From Perkinsus olseni (Eukaryota), in the NCBI GenBank assembly GCA_013115125.1, contig JABANN010000048.1:62001-99101 (forward strand): a stretch of DNA of 37,101 bases. The letters run 5' to 3'. This document shows positions 11,634 to 23,400 of the stretch, piece by piece (the stretch's first letter is position 1; every line of letters starts with the position of its first letter). Position numbers and translations under genes: made by a program. Below the pieces are notes generated by a model. That model worked only from the letters and a program-made list of their open reading frames with translations, was not told where the DNA came from and ran no database searches.

Positions 11634-12861
11634 ATGGCTGCAACGAGGTTACCTAGCAGAGTAAGATACGAAATACATCAATGGCTGTGCTCTCGTAACC
11701 ATCAGATCCCTTTTCGGCCCGCCAGCTTCAATGGATTTCTTTGAGGATAACTATGCTCATTCTGATCACGTTGCCGAGCTTTTCAACTCATTGTGAGTGG
11801 CTCACCGTGTTTCATCTCGTTACCTAGGGCCCTCCTATCAGGTCATCTGCGTACATAATCTCCATTGGTCTTATCGGAGTATTTTTCTGCAGTCCCAGGG
11901 CCGGTAATGAAGCTAGGTATAAGCTTTACTATGGCCTTATTGCTCTGGTCGGGCTGGGTAGTATGACATTCCATGGTGAGTGAATGACTTTTCGGGTCAT
12001 GTGGTTGAATATTTCCTTATCAACCAGGCACACTGCGCCAGTATGCGCAAGCTTTGGACGAGCTTCCCATGCTTTGGGGAGGTCTCACCACCTTGTGGGT
12101 ACGTGCGTATCGACAGTTCTCTTTCGTCGTTCTTATTGACTCGTCGTTCAGGTCTCTTTGTTCTACCATGCCCCAAATGGAGACGCTTCTGCGCGCCAGT
12201 GGGCGTGGGGATTCGTGGGTTTTGGTGCCGCCCTGACAGCCCTATACCTTTCTACGTGGCGGATCTATATGATTTTCTTGGCGACCTATGCCCTAGCAGT
12301 AGCAGGGTAGGTATTTTCGCCCCCTCATGTATACGGTACTAGCTCCTTCCCGTCCGGCTCAGGGCAACAGTTCTGGCTTCGTATCGTTGTTATAGACACC
12401 GAGGTCCAAGTCGGGCAATCGCTTGGCGTCTGTTAGAGGTTGCGCTTTGGTTCAACTTGGCTTCTGTAAGTGCATGGGCTACTTCTTCAGTGGCCGCTCT
12501 GTCACGAAGAGTCACAATTGTGCAGAAGTGGAGTCTCAGGTATCTATCTGGTGGTTAAGAGAACATTTTTTGCGAGCAGCTGAAACCATTCTACCTCCAT
12601 GCAACAGTATGGCATACCTTTTCCGCGACTGCGGCTCATTTCTTCGCCCAGGTAAGTCCTGGCCTCGCGACGGTAGTGCTTCGGGCAATGTCATCTTCAG
12701 GGTATGGTGGCCATGCGTGCAGATGCAGTGAGCTCCAACTGTCGACTGTGTTCCCTGTCGTCTCCTACAAGTCTAATCCGGTGAAAACACGGGCAGCTAT
12801 CGACAATCTGGGGAACACTCTACTGGGAGGAACGGTTAGGGTCGAGGAGTCTGCCTTCTAA
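11634..12861 (+). CDS. Alkaline ceramidase (ACER/CREST family) with an apparent frameshift near 12558; possible pseudogene or assembly error
   Basis: Spliced exons give SMDFFEDNYAHSDHVAELFNSLSS, GLGSMTFHGTL, QALDELPM and FCEQLKPFYLHATVWH (CREST SxxxH, D and HxxxH motifs). Start and stop are approximate. Confidence 0.85.
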
Positions 12862-13275
12862 AGCCGTCTGGGGGTCACCCATTCTCCTCATCGAGTAGAG
12901 CCTAGCACTTACGCTTGTCTTCTAGGCAGGCTTCATGTATCAACGGCTTACCTGTGGTACGGGGCGGCCACTGCCATTGAGCTAGAGAAGACTCTACGCT
13001 GTCATTTTCTCCGTTTTTGATTAAACCCTCGAATTTCATTTAGATTACTCTATTGTAAACTCTTTACGAGTTGGGTTGAGTTCATTACCGAGTATCGTTA
13101 TTCCGGGTCGCTTGGCGAGCTCACCCCGGGGACTCCTCGGTGGTGGGAAGCCACTCAAAGCCGTCCGCAATAACGCTAGTGCAAAGCTGTAGCACCAAGT
13201 GTGACTCGCACAGCTATATATGGGCATGGAGTTTCGCATTGGCCCAGGCCTCAGTGCAGCGATACCCCCATTCAT

Positions 13276-16200
13276 ATGCAGAAGACGACTTTATCTGACG
13301 GAGCGGGCCGCAACAGTGTGGATAAAATGCAAGGCGTCGAGGCCGCACCGCTCGATGAGCTCTCAGTAGATGAGTATGAAGCTAAGAAGAAGATGATCAT
13401 AACATTTGTGAGGGGGATCGCCTGTGAACACTGAGAGTGATAGTCTCGTTGTTCAGATGAGGAAAGCATTCACTGTTATAATCTTCATCTGTTTTCTTCT
13501 CACCTACAACCTACTTGTGCTCTCAGAGAGTACATACAGCTATACTACTCTAAAGCGCCATGTGAGCTGCTTGGTTCTGCCATTGAGCGGACGTGGGTCA
13601 TCTCAGCTAATATCCAAGTTCGAGCACCCCCCGTCCGTCGTGAACCTCGACACAGGCGCAGCACTTGCTGCTCCGTCTCTCGACAAGGCAATCTGCAAGC
13701 ATCAGCGCTTCCTCATGCACTTGTTTGAGCAGGTTCAGTCCATTGCAATATTCTGGGAATATATTGCGGACGTGCTACTGGATGCGTTGTTTGTGGAAGA
13801 TGCCATCCCAACAACCATTTACGCCGCCATAGCTGGAGGTAGGCTCAAGTCGGTGCTAATCTTCACGCGAGTGGATCGTCACAGGCACTGCTTCAACAAC
13901 ATCGGCCACTGACGGAGGGATTCTCATAAGTGATGACGAACTCGTCACCAGTATAGTTTTTATGCCGCCGATTGATGAGAGACAGTACAACAGACTGCTA
14001 GGTGCAGTACGTATACGTACGCATATCCACAAGTCATCCGGGGGTAGAATGCAGCTTCCGTAGGTACCATCCGTGTCCGAAGTGGCGAAGGGTGCAACGT
14101 AGCTGATCCGTTCAACTCCTACTTCGAGTATTGCTTTCCTCCTTACGATGAGTCTCGAGAAGAGAGGTGCAGACCACCGAACTTCGCTTCCGAGAACTGC
14201 TCTCTTCCTGAGTGTTTCCTACGGCGCGATCACGGCCGACCAACTACCTATCACTCACACTGATGCGAACAGCAACCCGTCGTACAAGAAGGCAGATTAC
14301 GGTGGTAAAGTAGCTAAGTAATCCCCGTGTTCCAGGACAAATATGCGATGAATGTTGACGACTTGCTTTCCACGCGAGGTACTCCAGCAGCGGGTATGAA
14401 ACTATCATACCAACAAATCGTACTAGCTTCCTTGCAGTTGAAGGAGTGAGAATCCGCGCATGATGGACAGGTTCCGAAGCGATGGAGGCTTTGGCAGCTC
14501 TGCAGTCTTCGCAGTACGTTGACGTGGCAACTCGCGCCATATTCGTCGACTTGAACGTGTGGAACTCGAACATGGGGTGCTTTGCGGCCATACGAGTGGC
14601 ATTTGAGGTGAGGCTTAGAGTACAACAGTTTCTGCAGTTATAAGTGATTAGGTGACACCGTCTGGCTTATGGTATAACAAGGTACAGCTGTCGATACTCA
14701 GCTTGCGGCACATGAACCCTCTAGCCTTGAAACAACCCGAGGTCACAAGGAAATCCCTTTGCTGAACCCGGCAGGTCGCTTGTCAGGAACTGATGCTTGT
14801 CGTTGCCGAGTTCATGTTGGCTTTATTCGTCCTATATTACATCTCGGAAGAGATATCGGAGCTCAGCATATTGAAGCTTAGGTGATCCGAAAACTCCAGT
14901 GGTATAGCAAAATCCGCTACGTAGATACCTCAGCGACGGTTGGAACCTAGTTGACTGGGCAAACCTCATCCTACTTATGGTCGCCTTTGCTTTGAGGTTG
15001 AAGGCTTTCGTGGACGCCACTAGCTTGGATCTAGAGGCGGCCTCGACTGACACTACACAATACGTGGATCTCCTCGTAAAAAACTCCCAGCTACTTCTTG
15101 CGCAAGCTTTTCTACTCCCTCAGCCTACAGCTACGACGGTGCAGCTTACGAGGCGGATACATGCATTCAACATTATTCTTGCCTGGTTGAAGGCTATTAA
15201 GTTCCTCGGCTTCCTCCCGTGAGCTCGTGGCAACCAGTCCCTCGTTATTCCCTATACCGCGGCAGATATGTTGATATGCTGGTATTGACCATCCGCAAGT
15301 CATGGCAGCTCGTAATGTCATTCCTCTGTTTGTTCCTTGTGGTAAATGGACCCTGTGCGACTTGACCTTCCCATCCTGCTGCTGATCTAAGGTTCTCCTG
15401 GGTTTCAGCGTAGCTTATAACGTGGGTTACGGAGAAATAGTGCCACAGCTGGCGTTTGTTGGTGACGCACTGTTCTTCCTTGGACGAGCTTTCATCGGAG
15501 GTGGAGTAGCTGGTCTTCACCGCGGTACGAACTGAATTGCTCTCAGGTGCGGAGCTGGAGGCCACTGCAAACGCATCCTTTTGGGGTTCATTCCTACTCT
15601 GTCTGTAGGGAGGCTGGTCGCACCGGAAGAAGAGGCGTCGCTAATGACCGTCTCTGCGTTCAGGCTCGTTGTCGTCCTATGGTTCCTTGGGTTTCGCTGC
15701 CTTTACGCGACTATAGCGTACTTCGTCAGTTCTGCACGGTCAGCGAGGTCCGCACAGTGAGCCAAGTGCATGCACACACTGTTCCCCTTAGATGGAGCGC
15801 TGATGCTGGCTCCGATACCCTCCTGGGTGCCGCTTTAGCAAAAGGTGCAGCAATTAAGGAGTACGTTCTCAAGTCCTTTGATTGGAAGAACTTCATGAGA
15901 ACGTAGTACATGTGAACTGCACTGCTCGAAAGCTGCAACTCGCAGTTAGGCGTCCTTGAACTCAGGAATCTGCAGGGACTCTATACCCGATGGTATCTCC
16001 CTCGAACTCAACGTCTTCGTGAACTACGCCAGAGAACAAAATCTCGAAGGCAGAAGCTTGATGGCAAAATGGCGGAGTACTGCATGCCCGTATATGACGA
16101 GGAAGGGAATGTACATCCATCGTCCTTAAAACTGGGCCTTCTGCCAATGTCAAGCCTCAGGAGGTGGCCTCGAAAATTCAGACTGCTAATGGGGGCAAGC

Positions 16201-16940
16201 CAGCAGAGGCTGAGGGGCAGGCGTCTTCAGAAGGTCTCATCACGTGTCTGCTAGGTTAAGTAGTCTTGCCTTCAGAAGTTCGCTACAAGAAGAGACTTAA
16301 AGCGGTCCTATCGTCTAAACCCGGGAAGAGGTGGGCTGCCACGGCATTGCCTGATCTCTCCTTGAATGCTCAAAGAAAATCGGAGACACGTGAGGAGAAA
16401 TTTCTGGTAGCCCACGGTGTCACCGAACCAGTTTCAGATTTAAGGTCTACTGTGGATGCTGAATCTGACGAATCAAGCTCGGATGATGGCTTGGTCAAGC
16501 TGGGGCCTCTTCAACCGTCGAAAGTGGGCTCGTGACGAGCCTCGAATTGATTTATCTGGCGGAGGTAGATTCGCAAGCGGAGGAGGCAATTAGTCCAGCA
16601 GTTTCAACTGTATGGTCAAGCGGACGACAACGTGCGTCTCCCTGTGACGACCAACGAAGTGTTCGAGTCAGCGGAGGTACTGCAGATAATCAGGTCACAT
16701 TCGCTGTATGCGATTCTAGCAGGCGATGACTGACCAGTTGCTCGGGAGAGTGAAGGGAGTGGGAAGGGAAGCCCGAAACGACGTGAAACAGGCGGAGGAG
16801 AGCTTGATGGTGACTGTTCCTATACTCAAGGGGTCTTCAATAGTGTCCTTGATCAGTTCCTCCGTGACGCAGTCCAGCTTCTCAATCGACGGATTAAGGA
16901 CTTAGCTATTCAACAGGAAGACGTTCTAGCAATACAGTAG
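13276..16940 (+). CDS. Polycystin-2 (PKD2/TRPP)-like cation channel, multi-exon
   Basis: TOP-domain motifs NRLLGAVRIRTIRV..C, YSSSGY and YVDVATRAIFVDLNVWNSN; DGWNLVDWANLIL (S3), AFNIILAWLKAIKFL (S4), S5-pore-S6, and a coiled C-terminus ending EDVLAIQ*. Confidence 0.85.
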
Positions 16941-17100
16941 GGATACGACGCATGTGCGCAAGTCCAAGAATTTCTAATGTTATTAGCATGGCAGACTTGT
17001 GTTGAGTGTATGCAACCACAAGATGGCCTGTTCCCGCACTCTGGACTATGTGACTGTATGAAGTACAAACGCTACAAGCTCAGATACGTAGAAAACTACT

Positions 17101-18147
17101 TTAGTCATCGCCCGAGTATTTGAACACCTTCAGGAAAGACCCCGATGGGTCGATGATTCTGACGTAATTGTCGTCTTGTATTCGTAGCATCACACCACCT
17201 GCAGGAGTGGGGATCAAAACTGGAGGCTCCGACAGCTCCACAGGTTCATCGTCTCTTAGCTTGCCAACCTTGGTGTAGTCAGTAGTTCTTAGCCTCAGCT
17301 TCTTCGCGGCCACCAACGACTTGCCTTCACTAGGATCAGAAGCCAATCGCTCTGCGATGGCGGCAGTCTGCTCGTCACAAACTTCGTCCGCCACGAAGTC
17401 TCGCCACTGATCCATGAGGGCCTTTCTTGCAATGTTCAGTTTAGGTCCACGTTTCCTAGGCGAATACTTCAGCTCGGTGACCCGATGAGAGCATATTATG
17501 TCGAAAGAGGCCACACCAAAGAGGTGTTCAGAGAATCGCAATAGTAACCCTTGGATGACATCGCGGCTTGACAGTCTTCCCTCTGTTAGCTTGGATAGCT
17601 TCTTGATGTATTTTTCGAGCTCTCTCAGCGCCTCGGTATAACAACTCATAACTGTCGCCGAGCTAGCTATAACATGGACCAGCTCATCCTTCTGGTAGAC
17701 CAAATAGCACATACCGAGCAGAACAACCTCGGATCCATCAGTGCGCTCCAGCACCGGCCGCAATTGCCCTCCACGCTGCTTACACGAGCAGTCCACAATT
17801 CCACAGCCAATTAGATCTTGGCATATAGCCTCGTCCTCCAGATTACATACAAAGTGCCGCCAGTTGAAGTTACGTACTCCACCATCCTCAGAGGCTATAG
17901 GGTGCTTCGGAAACTTGTTGGACTTCTTCGTTGGAGGCTGTAGCGCCCCATTGATCCATGCATGAGGATTTCTCACGAGATCTCGCTCTCTTCGTAGCTT
18001 CCGAAGGTTACTAGGGCCGAAGACCTCGCCTCGCGACGTCAGAGAGGGTGGAACAGGCATCGTGATTGACGGCGGATGGAGTGCACTAGCAACAATAGCT
18101 CTCGAAAGATCAACAGATTCGAATTTGCATGAACCGCCCCCGGCCAT
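17101..18147 (-). CDS. Intronless hypothetical protein (about 350 aa)
   Basis: Uninterrupted ORF of more than 1 kb with protein-like composition; ATG lies just downstream of a pyrimidine-CAG. Confidence 0.7.
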   Translation of the reverse strand: MAGGGSCKFESVDLSRAIVASALHPPSITMPVPPSLTSRGEVFGPSNLRKLRRERDLVRNPHAWINGALQPPTKKSNKFPKHPIASEDGGVRNFNWRHFVCNLEDEAICQDLIGCGIVDCSCKQRGGQLRPVLERTDGSEVVLLGMCYLVYQKDELVHVIASSATVMSCYTEALRELEKYIKKLSKLTEGRLSSRDVIQGLLLRFSEHLFGVASFDIICSHRVTELKYSPRKRGPKLNIARKALMDQWRDFVADEVCDEQTAAIAERLASDPSEGKSLVAAKKLRLRTTDYTKVGKLRDDEPVELSEPPVLIPTPAGGVMLRIQDDNYVRIIDPSGSFLKVFKYSGDD

Positions 18148-18435
18148 CTCGAACACAACATGAGGAATCTGAGAGTAGTATTACAATGCAATGGGGGGCA
18201 GTAAAAATGTTGCATTGATCATCATGACAATATCAGATATTTTCTGCATCACCTTAGATGATGTGATACGTGCTGTAGTCAATACAGAGGTCCATGTGAA
18301 ATCGCTATGGTAGTATAGTACTTTAGCTTGGCTAAGCTCCCTCGAAAATAATATCAAATGTGTTGAAATTTGAGATGAGATGGGCTTCGGAAACCACTCA
18401 AGACATACTCAGACAACGGCTTTCTCTTCCCATCC

Positions 18436-20265
18436 CTATGCGTCCACGTTCTCAGCTTGAGCGCCTATTGGATGTTCTACATCGAGGCCCTTATTCTCGT
18501 CGACTCCCAGTAAAGGTCTTGCATCGGCACCGTCCGCCTGCCTCACAGGTGATGCCGAGGAGCTCGGAACTTCACTTGGCCCGTCATTGACCGTACCAGA
18601 GGTTTCCTGTCTTTCCGCGGCAAGATCACTATGTGAGCCGTTCAACGAAGCACTTTGCTGATTCTCCGACCTTGCCGCGGGTGCAGGTATAGAGGCTCCT
18701 GCAACTGGGGCAACTGGCGGGGGCGACTGCAACTGGTTGGAAGCAGACGCATCTTGCAGCTGACCGCTGCTGTCGAACTTCGCTTCTGGGAACGTAGGTA
18801 AAGTGAAGGGAGGTGGCGTAGGCGTGTTAGAGTCAGTAGCTGATATGTTTTGTCTGACGAGGGCGCGTTACACTCAGACGTGTACAGCGTGTGTACTACC
18901 GCAGCAAGTCGAGAAGACTTGTATTGCCAACCGGTGGGGTGGCTTGTTGTTGCGGTGGTGGTGCAGGTTCTGAGGTATCACAGCCGTTGAAAGGCGGAGA
19001 TACAGGAGCGCCAGGGCCCGAGCTTACCCCCGAAGTTATCTTGCTTGAGCACTGGGAATAAACTAGGCGTTGAGGTTGTAGCGAAGCCGCCAGCAGAGAA
19101 TGCCCGCAACTGCGATGGTGAGGAGGTGCTTGCCGAGGAATGAGCTCCAGTGGTGTCGAGAAGGCCAGCGGATGCTAGCTGCCGCAATAGAGAGGTCGCC
19201 GTACCGGACGCCCCCCTGAGCAGGTCCTCGCCGGCCGCTAGGCCCTGAGGCTGACTGATAGTCTGAAATACAATCGCGGGTCGGAGAATAGACCATGCCG
19301 CATTGAACGCAGTGGCAAGACAAGTTCTCTACCTGTTGCTGTTGTAGGTGTTCGAGTTGCTGCTTGTATAGATTGCACTGTGACATGGTGCGTTGTAGCA
19401 CACCATTAAGCCTCTGGTTCTCGGTCTGAAGACGCGTAATGTCATTGCGTTGGTGAATAGCGATGTCCTTCAGTCGAATATATCTGAGATAGGACCCAGT
19501 CGAGACCACGCTTATTTACCGCGTTGCTCACAGGCCCTGTAGAGTGACAAGCTCTCTTTGCGCCTTGCTTTCTGCTGGTGGGAGCTGTACAACCGTGGCT
19601 GCTGGTGCCTCTATGATAGGCCTTCTCTCGACCCTGCATCGAAAGCCTCATGACCAACAAGTCCCGCGTGGTTGTGGGCCCACCGTCATAGACGGAAGGA
19701 AGATCAGAAAAGCACTTCTTACTTCAAATCAGGATGGAACTCGGGCTTCAGCTTCTTCAGTTCCACTCCAGACTTGTGAGTGGCCAGCACTGCTTCACGC
19801 AGCTTCCCTGTGAGAGGAATCACTCTCTTGTGTTCCCGGGAAGTCCCGCCCTGGCCATCGATCGGGTCTCCTTGAACATTTCGATCAACGAGATATTCGG
19901 GCTGAGGAAAAAATTCGGTACGGACCGAGATTGTGGACGAGCAAGCAAGATGCGGATAGAAATGGCCTGAGTCTACTCATTCCTCATAAAGCCTGCATGC
20001 ACCAGACTCCAGGGGAGCGCTAGAAGAAGAGAGAATCGATACTTCCTTGAGTGAATTCCCGTTGCCTTAGGACCTCCTTCTTGCTCCTTTTCCGAGGGCT
20101 GTCGATGGTACTGCTATCCCTACTGCCTCTTCGAGCTCGTTTAGTCTTCTTCACTGACGAAGTCTCCCCCTCCGGCCTAACAACTTCATCCTGCTGGGGC
20201 TCCGCTGCGGGGTCCAACGGCTGATGATCCCGAGGGGCTTTTGGAGCACTCTTACGATGTACCAT
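18436..20265 (-). CDS. Hypothetical nuclear-type protein: basic NLS-like N-terminus, coiled coil with poly-Q, S/P/A-rich C-terminus
   Basis: MVHRKSAPK...KKTKRARR...PRKRSKK, then DITRLQTENQRLNGVLQRTMSQCNLYKQQLEHLQQQQ, with several GT-AG introns. Internal exon structure only partly resolved. Confidence 0.6.
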
Positions 20266-20449
20266 GAAGCTCAAGAAAGGTACTACAGAGGTGACACATA
20301 TCCGTACGAGTACTAAATCTCCATGGCCTCTGGGAGAAAGTGAAACAGGCGATCGCCCGGTGAACGACGGCACCAATGCCGAGTCGGCCTACGAACAAAA
20401 CCCAGTTGGTTTCCAGACATCTAGCTTAGTCAGCGAGCCAGCATGATGC

Positions 20450-23400
20450 TCAATCGTCGTCATCGTCATCATCCTCTCCGTTCCCCTTCTGATTGGAAGG
20501 ATCCAGTGCAGCTATTTGCTCCTCAATAGCCGTAGCGTGCTCTCGAATACCTCGCATAATATGACCTGCGGATCACTGTTCAGCTGGAAAACGATTCCCG
20601 AGGACTCTCGCGGCCTTGCTGGGACAAATCTCTGCTGGAGGATCCCGCAAATAGATACAGACCAAGCAGATTGAGACCGCTCCACCGTAGTTCGGATAAT
20701 CAACAGGGAAAGAACAATAATATCCGACATGATACCGTCCCCTCGCTCAATGAATCCAGGTGAGGCCCCGGCACTATAAGGTGATATCATGGCCATCGTG
20801 GACCGTGAGAACGCTCGAGTCGCAGCCGAACATCTCACTTTCCTCGTTGGAGCCCGTGCGCGATGCCAGTGTCTCTGCGACAGTGTTCAGCTGCTTCACT
20901 GTTCCTCGAGTGAAGGAACTGCAACAATTGGAATGATCTATTCAAACTAATAACAATTCTATAATTATTCGCCTCCAATTGACTCCGCTCATCACGACAA
21001 CTCACCGAATATCTGTTATACGCTGCCGATTCCTACGATAATATTTCTCGCGTAGGTCGTGGAAGTACCTTTGGTGGGCAAGCTCTCGAGAACCAGGTGT
21101 TTTCCTAACTCACGAGTGTGACCATCCCGATATCTGGGCTTGCATTTGGTCATCTCTATTCTGTATAACGGTCACGTGGTGCTCATTTAGGTTGGCACCT
21201 GGCAGGCTCAGCCAAGGACACTGAAGGGTAGCCGTGAAGAACCGGTTTACAGGCGGTCATCATATCCTCCTTATTCGACAATGCCTCGATCTTGGCACTT
21301 TCCGCGACAAACTCCAGGCCGGGGATCTCAACTGTCATCCTTCGGCCCTGCAGGACAGTGAGTCAACTGACGCAGTTTGGCTTCGCCCAGACGCACTGCA
21401 CCACTATCGCGCGGAGAGTTCCCTTCCCGATAAGAACCATCGTCTCCTGAAGAGGGAGGTCCTCTCCTCGAGCACTGAGGATCTCCTACCGAGCGATCCC
21501 TCTGAAGCCAAGACGGGGTGAGTTCCCGCGGCGAACGACTCGAGTTCTGACGAGGCAGCTTCGAGCAGATCTTGATAAAAGGTCTGACAGTCCAGTTTAA
21601 GCTCCGAGGAAACATACTCCGACGTAATTCACAGCAGACCTTCTCGAGCTCTTCCAATGCCCTATAAAAGTCAGAGCCCTTGTCGCTCATAGCCCTTACG
21701 ACATCCTGCACAGCTATCTCGAAGTAGTCGATGGCCTCTTGCAGGGATTCCTGCGAAAAATACTGCGCGGCAGCCGGGGCACTACCTGCACACCTGAAGG
21801 CTGATCTCTAGCATCATTAGCTTCTTTCCAAGTATTTCAAGGTCGGTTGTCCCTGGATTTGAGGCAGAATATAGTTGACAGCAATTGGGCTTTGAAGACA
21901 TACCGAGCTCGAGTAGACGGTTCTCGCACCGCTCCAGCTGGTCTATGTTGTCCACTTCATCACATTCTTCAAATATTTTCTTCAGGTCTGAAGGTGAGCT
22001 TTCATGGAGTGACTAGCTGCAGAGTCCACCACCTTTCAGGTAACTCCCGAGTAGATTGTTTGCCTCTCCTTCCGACTCAGCAATGCCCTCAGTAGCGGCT
22101 CGACGGAAATGAAACATCATCTTCGTTCGGACACTGTTCTTCTCCAGTACTTCCTATAGAACTGCGACCAACATGTTGGCAGAACCCACGGCAGTACCTT
22201 CCTCAAGGTCTTGATAAGCTCAGCCACCTTATCTTTAAAGTCCTCCTTCAATACAGGGTATCCGTGGAGGATCCGAACCTAGTAGCGTTGCAAGGCTAAG
22301 TGAGATGCCTTCATCAAGCAACTCACACAAAAGCCCTCGGTCTCTTCCTCGCCCGTGAAGAGCTCGTCCAGTAGTTCCGCCGTCGAGTCAAGGAAGCTTT
22401 CCTTCAAAATTTCCATCTGCTCTTTCTGCAAGGAGGATTCTGCCAACGCGCCGCACTGGGTGGGGTACTTTCCGCTTATCCCGATCGGCCTTCTGATTCG
22501 AACCCACTTCCCTCTCCCTCAATTCCGCTAATTCATCAACCTGCAGGGTTTGTAGACTATGGGAGTACACTATCACCCTACATGGTAGGTCTCGACTGCG
22601 GCTAGGGCCTCACTGTGATCGACTAACATGTAGTCCAAATACTTGAGCTGCCCAGCTTGCCCAAGGTATCTGGGAGACCCACCGTGTTCACCTCCCTTGC
22701 GTGAGCTCTCTACGCATAGACATGCTGCCGATAGCTGATAGAGTCGCACATAGGGTTTCCAGACAAGCACAGGCAGCGCAGCTTTTTGAACTTGCGCAGG
22801 TACTCGATGTGGCGCAGCTCTCGGATACGGTTGCGGCCAAGAGAGAGGACCTGGATTATTTGGGATGAGTCAACGACACGAGACACTCTCCACGAGTTCA
22901 CAGTAAGCTCAGGGCACCCATCCAAGCCACTGATCTCGGCGATCAAGTTATCAAACAAAGACAGGTCCTGCAACTTTGGAACCTAACAGATCAGTCTTAG
23001 AGGACCTACAACATGAAAGGAGTCACAACCTTCTCTAGACCCTCAATCTTGGTGATTTGATTGAAGGATAGGTCCAGCCATAGCAGGTTGGGAAGACACT
23101 CAAGGTTCGAGATCTTGTCGATGAAGTTGTTGTCAAGGTAGAGAACCTAAACATGCACGATTGGAAGATTCTCCACTTCTGAACTGCCCAAGTACCTCTA
23201 AATTCTGCAGTGTCGCCAGGTTCGATATATGAGATATCCCAGAAAAGCTCAACCGCATCTTTTTCACCCGTGGGAAAACCTCTGGCGTCACTACTGGTGG
23301 GGAAGTGTGCTCCAGAGGCGCGGCTTGTCCAGTCTCGCTATCATCACCTGTCACTTCAAAGTACACGGAGAGGAAGAAGGTGCGGCTCTCACCGCCGATG

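Noticed and set aside
18184..18230. 8-bp inverted repeat (CAATGCAA/TTGCATTG) and an ATGATGA box-C-like word
   Set aside because: No box D (CTGA) at a suitable distance; insufficient for a snoRNA call.
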